Source of the DNA: a virus
Lineage: Duplodnaviria; Caudoviricetes
Virus record (IMG/VR): IMGVR_UViG_3300027586_000007
Span: 1-64,000 of that record
Length of the DNA stretch: 64,000 bases
Direction: 5' to 3' (one strand)
The notes beneath the pieces were generated by a model, which did no database searches, had not been told where the DNA came from, and worked only from the letters and a program-made list of their open reading frames with translations. The position numbers were made by a program, and so were the translations under genes. Shown piece after piece: positions 27,701 through 35,614 of the stretch (position 1 is the stretch's first letter; the number at the start of each line of letters is the position of its first letter).

Positions 27701-30572
27701 TAAATCAGCACTAACCCCATTGGTAACTGGTATAAAATACATAGGTTCACAGATTTCTACAACTGCTAAAGCAGTTGGTGCTCAAATAAAAGCAGCTGGT
27801 TCATATGTTAAGGGTTGGGCGGCTTCACCTCCACCTGTAGCACCAGGAGCTTATGGCGGAGCAACTCTAGGACAAAACTTTGCTGCAAACGCAAGGTATA
27901 CAACTTCTAACATGCTTCATCCAATTCAATATTTAAAGAATAAAGGAATGATAAACCCAGCAACATTCGGACAAGGAGCGGTTGGAAGCACAGTTGGAAT
28001 GATGGGTGGTATGGCAGTTGGCGGAATGGTTGGAGAAAAATTTGGCGGACAAAATGGTGCAATGATGGGCAGCATGGCTGGAATGATGGGCGGACAAGCA
28101 ATTGTAAAGGGCATTGGTGGCAAGATTGCATCAAGAGCCGCAGCTAGCGCAGCAACAGCAGGACTGGCTTCAGCAGGTTTTGGAGCAACCGCCGCAGCAG
28201 CCGCAGGATTAGTTGCGCCGCTTGCAGCAGTAACAGCAGCAGTTTATGTTGGATATAAAGCCTGGAAACATTATAAAGAAGGACAAACTCTTAACATATC
28301 TACATTTGGTCTTACTGCTGAAGCAGCTAAAAAAGCTAATCTAAGATTTACAGACTTTGGTTCAAAAATAAAAGATACTATTCAAGATTCAAAAGATATG
28401 GCTGCTGCAAATAAGCTTGTGTATGAAAGCATGAAGGATGGCGGAACACCGTTCCAGATGACGATTGCAGAATATAAAAAACTAAAGGTTGAAGTTAAGG
28501 AAACATTTAGTGAGCAGATTGATGCATTAGACCGTCAGCCATCCAATAAGGTGCCAGACGCAGTTCGCAGAATTAAAGAACAGCTCATAGCAGCTGGCAT
28601 GTCTGCTGAAGAAGCAACTAAAAAAGTTTATACAATGCTTCAGCTTTCAAATAAGAGCGACCAATCAATTACTGCAACAATGGGCAACGCAGACTTTAAA
28701 GCAATTACAGATCCTCAATCAGCCGCAGTATCTGCAGTTACAAGCTTTGGCAAAGACACAAAGGATCAAGGCAATAAGGAAAAAGCAGCCTCATTAAATA
28801 CAGCCTTGATGGCAACTGAGACTGGAATTAATGATTTAATTGCAAAGAGAGAAAGACTAGTAGCAAAAGATTTGACTGGAAAGACTAAGTCACTAAGTTT
28901 TGCAGAAGCTGAAAAAATAATGATTGACCAGATCAATAAATCAAAGGAAGCTGGGACAATGATTACCCAGGGAACAATTGATGAAATGGCAAAAACAAAT
29001 CCAGAAGTAAAGAAAATGATCAATGGCTCAGACACAGTTGTTAGCGTATGGCAAAAAATTAGATTGCAGGCAAAAGGATTTACTGGAGATCTTTCTCAAT
29101 TAAACGCTGCTCAAACACAATTAATTTCTGATTCATTTAATGCCATAGCAACATCTGTAGTTGCAACAAATTCAAGTAAAGACGGAATGTTGAGCAAGCA
29201 GTATTCTGCTCTTGGCAAACTAGAAGACAAGATTAAATCTTACACTAAGGCATTAAAGGGTCAAACAGTTTCTCAGCAGATATCTGATAGAGAAAAGATA
29301 TCTGCACTAAACAAGCAAATTGAAGCTAATAATAAACTTGCAGAAGCTAGAAAGAAAGCATTATCTGCTGCACAAGCAGACGCCGACCTTGGCAGACAGA
29401 TTGAAAAAACTAGACTTGAAATGCAAAATGCTTCAGCAACTGGAGACACTCAAAAAGCTCAAGAGCTAAGGCTTGATCTAGAATCATTAACAACGCAACA
29501 GCAAACAGAATCTCAAAGTAAAGCAATTGACAAAGCGAATGAAGCTGCAAATGCACCACTTAAGGCTGCCATTGAGGCAATGGGCAATAAGCAGCAAGGT
29601 CTTGCAGATAGCGCAGCACTTGCTGGTGAAAGCTTAGATAAGGTTCGTGGTAAATACGATGAGCAAAAAGCAGCAATAGACAAGGTCAATGATTCAATGA
29701 CTGCCCTTTATGGTAATGCAGCTGCAGCTGGTAAATCAGTAGAAGAATATGTTAAGACCAATAAAGAAGCAGCAGCTGGATTAGTTGCTGCAGTAGAAGC
29801 TGCCACTGGCGAAAAAATGCCAAGGTATACTGATTTTCAAAATTATGAAGGTGGAAAAGTAGTAACTAAAAAAGTTGCAGTTTCTCCACAGGCAAATGCA
29901 CTATCAATATTAGCAAAAGCAGGAACAGGTTCTGCAGTCAACGACGCACTTGCCAATAGCATTAAGGGCGGAGCAACCCTTAAAGATGTTGTAAATGCTG
30001 TAAAGGGTGTAGACGGAAAGCCAGCCCTAAGAAAAGATATTGCAGTTACAGGAAATTATTCAAATGCCATGGATGAAAATACATATAATGGAGTTAAGAC
30101 AAAGGTTTTAAATGCACAGGCTAGAAGATCAATTGCAAATCAACAGGACCTACAAATAGGAGAAACTTTTATTTGGAATGGTCAAAGATATGGCAAGAGC
30201 AAGACAGGTGGCAATATTGTTTTCATGGGTAAGGCTGCTGCTGGTGTAAAAAGTGGAGCTAGTGGAATGTACCTTGTTGGAGAAAAGGGACCAGAATTTG
30301 TTCACTTAAAAAACCGTGCCAACATTATGCCAAACGATGTTATGAATACATTAGCTGCTGCATCTCCAAGATACAACTTTAACAAAGCTCAATATAATTT
30401 AAAGGACGGAACTACTTCAGGTAATTCATATGTTGTAAATCAAAATATTTATGCGTCTGAAGGAATGGATGTCGAGGCATTGTCAAATATGATTGTTAAA
30501 AAGGCTGAAGTTGTTATTGGACAAAAGGCTAAAGTTAATGTTAAAATGGTTGGACAGGGGAAGAATATATAA
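21786..30572 (+). CDS. Tape measure protein, 2928 aa, with internal inserted domains
   Basis: TP901-like TMP core (FRQADEELVRLTKVYGG...DFLNAVENQTSTSLADLVEAIPKAGPVV...), Gly/Ala-rich hydrophobic segment, VVGEKGPE motifs; follows the chaperones. Confidence 0.92.
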   Translation: MADQNIVTNITATANFSSLTAQLQAVTTQLLKLQATTIGLNKNLTSQVGVMNRQFDETMRSTGQFARHFVTLTSDVSKFGQNLDSGRMKLGQYFRTWQGHTQKTSSLVRDLAKQQVMLENAIIQPLGKNAQGLMQYNVMVQSGLDATKNKSALLRQELSIMNKVMMDGSNQLINWGKNTQWAGRQLTVGLTVPLAAFGMAAAKAFRQADEELVRLTKVYGGLTATSSADLLKVRKDVSALSRELASGLGANFTETIALAADIAATGKEGVDLLDSTRQTTRLAILGEVDRQEAMKATLSIQTAFGQSTEELAQSIDFLNAVENQTSTSLADLVEAIPKAGPVVKALGGDVQDLALYLTAMREGGINASEGANALKSALASIINPTKVAKEQFMGMGIDLAGIVNKNAGNLTGTIMALKDSLDSLQPLQRARAIEQLFGKFQFARINALFENLGKEGSQTLQVLDLMKASTQDLASISERELKAMTESASGKYRRALEAVKADLAVIGEQFLKVGTFVLNAIDGIVKFIGNLPGPIKAVLGFIGSLTAIAGPIIMLTGVLANFFGYIIKGIFALKNIGKGGTGFKLLTPELMAASNAAKTVEQSFYSDTKAAATFSDAVLTLAASFDKLKLSAMSSTVATSNSMSTVAGSPVLRGGGRIVDKDNPLVGRPYSRDMSHVIPTGSKTAEQRAGETIFSTVPGPKPVNLRLSNSPQTYMNDDLPRIPGVTSVNGVSNGIVAAEAAKWHSMTAAIAMQSKAELALLKTEVAATGTVTASLTDSYQALLPQMTKITSLAADETALIVKQLQAGKITVEAARAKIFALNAQVEAMMVQTAQGVAAAQARTISLTTVPLTTQPVVSAAGKSNMKELFHKSETSKLVDSIARGLGVRTSGAGYSIQTTKPRFNEGGKVEKFSANKTRVTGPASIDYDDRMGSVPLGGYVLNQEASLDPRNAALVAAAPSTHKDSGSNITALLTPQETVFGPGLQNNPELFRAVDAANNGTPLQANMAGGNITLSRSNYGLVPPSAAIIRGLFTSNRTAYRKQLVTLAEKRNLERAAVRERDAQYVGGYGSRSWLARGATTRSVLNDYIKSLPAGERRRAASILEDFSGSIRTGRGGMDKGFARDTFTIEPGHLERGGALDKLLAKNKLPPLDLERITHATHLTRASVRDGRRFVSKYTVDYDSRSNLQANHGTLIAKNFLERNMSRTGKYDTIMQRAGVHRSKWSDTEKEIDAKIAASLKGKESKKIGDEKGDITFDSFIPFIDSSIVAAGGSAAKLKLLKRNVVERKNAGGMIGGSVTKGKRSYGRPLFLGMPRRIKDVEQQRKARLHMEEINTGLKNSRFASMEPTDFGKLITPTSGRSFPVPGIGGVYEKPDGTRVFVKPVMDETAALAEQRATIIARQAHGLNSPQQSIRTMIDPTDPTGKRKLIVLESPYNEAFAKQSADFTKKDYFKQLVAANLRGDKDLGRGNLYGGTLADVGTAGVFKTASGKRAYEPEMISMSDQARINLLGVRGGAKRFFAESTLNIPKGMTPKQYHEAMIAEIDTVLPALKKTISQFNLNAEESAVYASMIRRLEQGRNVNWQEFHGIHSAVKPANGVALTPAALKKLKEEAELRIRQKGHAISLADNSFKTPLNGFNHGGTIGNVLKGLAMRRIGAGFGPTGAPKPSAYESAPWGVNSLSIEMANTLFASSGLRKHTQKLLYDKFAAAMAREKPYGYVKDAQGSLKNALEPSSLDSVIRQAASDLVGDRNLLRQLSPIDKDILRNKYLNWDSRKDTPMTAELKKKIFSIDGKREMGGPVSPGQNYVVGEKGPEIFSPSQSGKIIPGYEIGGVIRYGKDSYGRKGNPAARAAQERAKAERAAAYVPAPVEAPERKPGPLTGSKTTVVGNGGVRTNQYGVQGSLPYMPGLTLGHAALNRTQAALLSAAKQIEMSLFAFGTSVKKDALMTGRVIKYSGDQLVVGARMLPGQIKSALTPLVTGIKYIGSQISTTAKAVGAQIKAAGSYVKGWAASPPPVAPGAYGGATLGQNFAANARYTTSNMLHPIQYLKNKGMINPATFGQGAVGSTVGMMGGMAVGGMVGEKFGGQNGAMMGSMAGMMGGQAIVKGIGGKIASRAAASAATAGLASAGFGATAAAAAGLVAPLAAVTAAVYVGYKAWKHYKEGQTLNISTFGLTAEAAKKANLRFTDFGSKIKDTIQDSKDMAAANKLVYESMKDGGTPFQMTIAEYKKLKVEVKETFSEQIDALDRQPSNKVPDAVRRIKEQLIAAGMSAEEATKKVYTMLQLSNKSDQSITATMGNADFKAITDPQSAAVSAVTSFGKDTKDQGNKEKAASLNTALMATETGINDLIAKRERLVAKDLTGKTKSLSFAEAEKIMIDQINKSKEAGTMITQGTIDEMAKTNPEVKKMINGSDTVVSVWQKIRLQAKGFTGDLSQLNAAQTQLISDSFNAIATSVVATNSSKDGMLSKQYSALGKLEDKIKSYTKALKGQTVSQQISDREKISALNKQIEANNKLAEARKKALSAAQADADLGRQIEKTRLEMQNASATGDTQKAQELRLDLESLTTQQQTESQSKAIDKANEAANAPLKAAIEAMGNKQQGLADSAALAGESLDKVRGKYDEQKAAIDKVNDSMTALYGNAAAAGKSVEEYVKTNKEAAAGLVAAVEAATGEKMPRYTDFQNYEGGKVVTKKVAVSPQANALSILAKAGTGSAVNDALANSIKGGATLKDVVNAVKGVDGKPALRKDIAVTGNYSNAMDENTYNGVKTKVLNAQARRSIANQQDLQIGETFIWNGQRYGKSKTGGNIVFMGKAAAGVKSGASGMYLVGEKGPEFVHLKNRANIMPNDVMNTLAAASPRYNFNKAQYNLKDGTTSGNSYVVNQNIYASEGMDVEALSNMIVKKAEVVIGQKAKVNVKMVGQGKNI

Positions 30573-31021
30573 TGGCAGCTTTAGTTTTACCAGTAGGCTC
30601 AGCACTGTTTATACAGGATGCCAATGGCGTATGGCAAAAATTAACTGAACATAATAGGTCACCAATATCCGTAGACGTTCAACGTTTTGAGCAGACCGCT
30701 AGAATGGCCAATGGAAGCCTTAGAAAGCTGTTTATAGCCGATAAGAAGAACATATCTACCTCCTGGAGCATGGTTCCTTCATACTCTACTATGACCGTTG
30801 ATGCGGGCTGGGGAGCGGAAGACATAAAGACATTCTATTTAAGCGCTAAAGGTCAAGGTACATTTAATGCCAGAATAGCTTATAACACAGCCAGAACCGA
30901 AGATTTCGTTGCAAGCTTTACTTCATGTTCATTTAATTTAATTAAAAGAAATGTAAAGGACAAAGTAGCGGATACAGCACAGGCATTTTGGGATGTAACT
31001 ATTGCACTGGAAGAAGTATAA
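30572..31021 (+). CDS. Distal tail/minor tail protein
   Basis: First gene after TMP; ARMANGSLRKLFIADKK...WSMVP. Confidence 0.6.
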   Translation: MAALVLPVGSALFIQDANGVWQKLTEHNRSPISVDVQRFEQTARMANGSLRKLFIADKKNISTSWSMVPSYSTMTVDAGWGAEDIKTFYLSAKGQGTFNARIAYNTARTEDFVASFTSCSFNLIKRNVKDKVADTAQAFWDVTIALEEV

Positions 31022-34000
31022 TGCAATCAGTAAGCCAAACAACTTTAGATAAACTTAATACATCTGCTTCATATTCAATGTCAGGCGGATGCTGGCTAGA
31101 ATATAATATGAACGATTTAATAGATAAAGCAGCAGTTACAGCCACACCAGCCGATACTGCAACTCAAACAGATCCAATTACTGGCAAGACATACCAGCCA
31201 TTTAAAAAATTATTCCCCCTAACAAGTATAATAGATCCAAGAAGACCTGGAGTAGCAGGCATTAATTATTTTATATTAAATCAAAATGTTACAAATAGCA
31301 TACCTAAATATAATGTTTCATCAGACCTTCCAGTAAGAACTTATTTTTCAAGCCCAAAGAATCAATATAAATTTTGGGTTTCACCCAAGGCTGGCGGAAC
31401 AACATTAAGCAATTTTAGTTTTAGCGTAGACTACCCAGTATCACAGACTGCTGTTGCAAATACGATACTTGTTAAATTTGAGACATCTTATTCTAAGCCG
31501 TCTACATGGTCTATTAAAATACAAGATCACGCTGGCACTGAAGCAACAATATCTACAAATGGAGTTGTTCCAGACAATGGGGTATTTCAACTTTATTATA
31601 ACGGAGGCACTTGGTCAAGTGCGTCTTCATGGTCTACTACAAAATTTACAACGCCGTCTGTTCCAGTTAATGTTAAAAAAATTATTGTAGCAGTAAATAC
31701 AATTAGCGTGGCCAACTCCTACCTTGGAGTTATAGAAGTGGGTGCAAGATATATTCAAGATGTATCAAATAGAATAGTTTCTTTTCAAGTTTCAAAAACT
31801 TCATCTGATGACTCATCTGGCATTGTCCCAGTTGGATCAGTGACATCAAATGCCTTATCAATTTCACTAGAAGGATATGATAAAAAGGGTATTGAGTATG
31901 ATAAGACAATGCCATTTAACAAAGACAACATCAATCTGTACAAGAACGTGAAGGTCTCCCCATTCAATAAAATAGGAGACGATGTTATTCCACAAGGAGT
32001 ATTCTACATAGACTCATTCACTTTGTCAGAATTTGGAGACATTGACATACAGGGATTAGATGGAGCAAAGTTTCTACAAGAAATCCTAGCGCCAGATATT
32101 GTAATTCAAAATGCTCCATCACAGGCAATCATAAGAAGGCTTCTAGATAGCGTAGGGTTTACTCAATATAATTTTAATACATACGGCAAGGGGAATGCGG
32201 ATAAGGTTGACTCCGCTACTATAGTCCCACTGTATTGGTTTACAGAAGATACAAAAACAGTATGGCAACACATACAAGAGTTGTGCAAAGACACACAAAT
32301 GATAGCAACATTTGATAATAATGATATGCTTCAGTTTTATCCTAGAGACTACTTATTTGATAAAACAAGAGCGTCTAGTTTTAAATTTAGAAGTGAAACT
32401 AAGGGAGTCAATATCCCAAACATTATATCCTTAAGTAAAGAAACAGTGCCATCTGTTAAAGCAGTAAAAGTAATATACACCCCAATCATTAGCACAAACT
32501 ATCAGGGTTCATCAGATAACCTTTATGTTTCTCCGCCAGCCGCAATCGGTGCAGCCGCACTACAAAATACACTTCTAGCAACAGCTCCAGCCGAAACAGA
32601 TGCTCCAAAAGGAGTCGTCTCACTTGCGCCAATCAGCGTGTACAGCAATTTAGCAGACACATCTTTTTACAATAAGTCTGGTTACTTTTTGATTAATAAT
32701 GAAATTATTGAATATGATGCTATTGAATTTCAATACGAACCACTATCTGCTCCTAATACAGTTATAAAAAAGTGGATAACTTCTGACTCAGACATTGCAA
32801 AGTTTCTTGGAGAAAGCAAAATCAATTCTTTTAATCCTACTTTAAGATACAGAATTAAAGAAAGAAACGCATTTAATGCAACTGGGAAGGGTGTGAGTGT
32901 CGGAGAAACACACAATGTAAATATTGATGACTTAAAGGGGGAGTGGCTAGGATCTAAGTTAAATTTATCTGCAAAAACAAACGCTGCAGACCCAGGAGTA
33001 TTTTCATTAAGACAAACTGATGGATCTGGAAAATCTGTATCTAGATCATTGCTTACAATCGTTGCTCCCACATCTTCCAAGGAATACTATTGCGCCACAA
33101 TATTACCAACTCCTAGCTTTACAACACAAACATATTTTTCAATAGGAACAGCCCTATTCTTTAAGCTTGCAAAAAACAGCAACGGCAGAACAACAGGAGA
33201 ACAATTTGTTTCTGCTGGATTGGGTATAGGTCTTTCTGAAAACCTATTAAACGGATATATTTTAAAGGTTGGAACTTCACAAAATGTTGCAAACAAAGGA
33301 TTAAAGTATAGAGATGTTCAATTAGTTAAAGTTGTAAATGGAGTAGAGACTCCTGTTTCTGATACTCAAACAACAGAAGATAATTCAATTACTGGTGTCT
33401 CTGGTGGAGAATTCTATAGAATAGACGTCAGAGTGTCTAAAGCCACTGCTGGTAAATTAATATTTAAGATTAAATTTAACAACTCAGTAATAACCGCAAC
33501 AGACTCTTCACCATTAACTTTAAATAATAGAATATCTTTAATTGGAATACAAGGAGAGTCCTCTTTTGATTATGTATATACAGCATCTTTAAAGAAAGAA
33601 GATTTTGCTGGCTCATACTCTTATGACAACTACGGCTCATACGTTGGATCTGCAACAGAACTTAAAAATGTATTTGGTGACTTTACTGCAATTGGAGAAG
33701 CATCAACCTTAGCTGGGCCATGGATAAAAGAATTTGGACCAGTGGCAAGAGAAATTAAAAAGATATCAACTAGGTATGCAACAAGACCAGGTTTTGTAAA
33801 ATATCCTCAAATTATATTAAACCCCAATGTAACCTTACTTGGGTATGACGCAAACTCATTTGGAATTGATGCTTATATATTAAATAACACTGGAGCGTTT
33901 GTCGACTTGGCAGACGGCGGTCAGAAGAGTTTTATTGTAGTAGGAGAAACAGTTGCCCCGTTAGATCCGTTTGAGTACTTAGACCCAGACTTATCTGCAA

Positions 34001-34302
34001 CTAAAAATGATGAGCAGGTAGCATTTGAATCCATGTGGATACAAAAAGAGTCTGAGGCAAAAGAGCTTTCCAAATGGATGAGAACTCAATGGTCCAAGCA
34101 ACAAACAGTTATTCAAATAGATGTTTTCCCAAACCCCATTATTGAAACAGGAGATGTGGTTGAAATATCTTATCCAAATAACATGTTGTATTCCACAGAA
34201 GACGCTGGAAAAACGGCTGGCAAATATATAGTTTTAGATATTGAGCAGGGATATAGCCAAACACCATCTACAAAGCTTACCTGTAGGTCGATTTATGTTT
34301 AA
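31021..34302 (+). CDS. Large minor tail/baseplate hub-like protein
   Basis: TAATG coupling at 31021; C-terminal PNPIIETGDVVEISYP...YIVLDIEQ OB-like hub ending. Confidence 0.6.
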   Translation: MQSVSQTTLDKLNTSASYSMSGGCWLEYNMNDLIDKAAVTATPADTATQTDPITGKTYQPFKKLFPLTSIIDPRRPGVAGINYFILNQNVTNSIPKYNVSSDLPVRTYFSSPKNQYKFWVSPKAGGTTLSNFSFSVDYPVSQTAVANTILVKFETSYSKPSTWSIKIQDHAGTEATISTNGVVPDNGVFQLYYNGGTWSSASSWSTTKFTTPSVPVNVKKIIVAVNTISVANSYLGVIEVGARYIQDVSNRIVSFQVSKTSSDDSSGIVPVGSVTSNALSISLEGYDKKGIEYDKTMPFNKDNINLYKNVKVSPFNKIGDDVIPQGVFYIDSFTLSEFGDIDIQGLDGAKFLQEILAPDIVIQNAPSQAIIRRLLDSVGFTQYNFNTYGKGNADKVDSATIVPLYWFTEDTKTVWQHIQELCKDTQMIATFDNNDMLQFYPRDYLFDKTRASSFKFRSETKGVNIPNIISLSKETVPSVKAVKVIYTPIISTNYQGSSDNLYVSPPAAIGAAALQNTLLATAPAETDAPKGVVSLAPISVYSNLADTSFYNKSGYFLINNEIIEYDAIEFQYEPLSAPNTVIKKWITSDSDIAKFLGESKINSFNPTLRYRIKERNAFNATGKGVSVGETHNVNIDDLKGEWLGSKLNLSAKTNAADPGVFSLRQTDGSGKSVSRSLLTIVAPTSSKEYYCATILPTPSFTTQTYFSIGTALFFKLAKNSNGRTTGEQFVSAGLGIGLSENLLNGYILKVGTSQNVANKGLKYRDVQLVKVVNGVETPVSDTQTTEDNSITGVSGGEFYRIDVRVSKATAGKLIFKIKFNNSVITATDSSPLTLNNRISLIGIQGESSFDYVYTASLKKEDFAGSYSYDNYGSYVGSATELKNVFGDFTAIGEASTLAGPWIKEFGPVAREIKKISTRYATRPGFVKYPQIILNPNVTLLGYDANSFGIDAYILNNTGAFVDLADGGQKSFIVVGETVAPLDPFEYLDPDLSATKNDEQVAFESMWIQKESEAKELSKWMRTQWSKQQTVIQIDVFPNPIIETGDVVEISYPNNMLYSTEDAGKTAGKYIVLDIEQGYSQTPSTKLTCRSIYV

Positions 34303-34307
34303 TGAAA

Positions 34308-34316
34308 TGGTAGAAT
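34308..34316 (+). promoter_or_regulatory. Extended -10 TGGTAGAAT, leaderless
   Basis: 6 nt before ATG 34323. Confidence 0.6.
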
Positions 34317-34322
34317 CTTAAT

Positions 34323-34730
34323 ATGGCTACAAAAAAACCAAGAATAGGAAAGTCACAGGTTGCTGGTGGAGTTAAGGTCCAGCTACCACTAGACTCACCC
34401 CTAATTGGAGTATTAAAAACAGATCAATATGATGTTGTAAATGTATACAGCAATAAGGTAGACAAGACATATGTTGCTTCTTCTCCAGCTGATGGTGAGG
34501 GTGATGAAGGTGATGATGATGATAATTATACGGAACCAATAGAAACATCTGATGCACCAAATTTAGAAGACATAGTTTTAATTGGAACCACTGGTAAAAG
34601 ATATTCTTCTGGACAAACAATAACTGACCCAGAGATATACTATGATGCAAATAACAATAGACTACTCAAGGTAACTTTTGAAGTTAAGAACAGTGTTGGA
34701 GAAATTGTAAAGGGAGTAGTAATAATATGA
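34323..34730 (+). CDS. Hypothetical tail-region protein
   Basis: 135 aa with an acidic linker. Confidence 0.6.
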   Translation: MATKKPRIGKSQVAGGVKVQLPLDSPLIGVLKTDQYDVVNVYSNKVDKTYVASSPADGEGDEGDDDDNYTEPIETSDAPNLEDIVLIGTTGKRYSSGQTITDPEIYYDANNNRLLKVTFEVKNSVGEIVKGVVII

Positions 34731-35614
34731 TAACGAAATTTGGAAAAAGATTTATAACATCCTACTTGGCAAGTGGACTTAACTTTAATCAAAAAGATAT
34801 TGCAATAGGAATAGGGTCACAAGCTCCCACATTAAATGACTCAGACATGCAGTTTGAATTTTATAGATCAGGAGTTTTTCTTGGAAGCTCCGACATACAA
34901 ACCAACACAGCAACTGGAGTAACAACGTATTCTGTTGTTTATAAAACTACACTGCCTACAGATGTTGAAGGAGTAATATCAGAGATTGGAATTTTCCCAA
35001 CTGGATTTTTACAAAATACAGACTATTCTTCTAAGTACATATCTTCTTTTGAAAACACAACAGACTGGAAAGATTCAAGCGGAGCACAGCCAATATCAGT
35101 ATCAACGCCAACTCCTAGGATAGGCTCTTCATATTTTTCTATTACTGCAGCAAGCAATCAATCAAAATCATATAGCCTGGATACCGTTTTTGATCTTGCT
35201 GGATATGGAGTTGAAGACAGTATTTCACTTGCTTTTTATCAATCAGATTTAAACTTAGATTATATTTATGTTAGATTTTACAGCTCACCAACTAGCTATA
35301 AAGAAATAAGATTTGCAGCAACAACATCTATAGGACATAAAATTTTATCACTTAAATTATCCAGCCTATTTAACTCTACATTTTCATCTGCTGGAGCAAC
35401 AGATTTCTCTAAAATTACTGTAATAGAGGTAGGCGCCAAAGCTAAGTCATCTGGCGCAACAAATGTTTTATTAGATGGATTAAGACTAAATGACGAAGAC
35501 AGATACAATAGCCAATATGGATTAATTAGTAGATCGGTTCTATCCACACCATTGGTAAAGACACTTGGTGTAGAGATGGACATTGAATATAAGATAGACC
35601 TAGGGTTCTTATAA
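34727..35614 (+). CDS. Baseplate/minor tail protein (putative)
   Basis: MITKFGKRFITSYLA...IAIGIG...EIGIF...LISRSVLSTPLVK...DIEYKI: fibre-attachment-like fold. Confidence 0.5.
   Translation: MITKFGKRFITSYLASGLNFNQKDIAIGIGSQAPTLNDSDMQFEFYRSGVFLGSSDIQTNTATGVTTYSVVYKTTLPTDVEGVISEIGIFPTGFLQNTDYSSKYISSFENTTDWKDSSGAQPISVSTPTPRIGSSYFSITAASNQSKSYSLDTVFDLAGYGVEDSISLAFYQSDLNLDYIYVRFYSSPTSYKEIRFAATTSIGHKILSLKLSSLFNSTFSSAGATDFSKITVIEVGAKAKSSGATNVLLDGLRLNDEDRYNSQYGLISRSVLSTPLVKTLGVEMDIEYKIDLGFL

Noticed and set aside
21786-30572. Inferring an extremely long tail from TMP length
   Set aside because: Roughly a third of the protein appears to be globular inserts, so length-per-residue scaling is unreliable.
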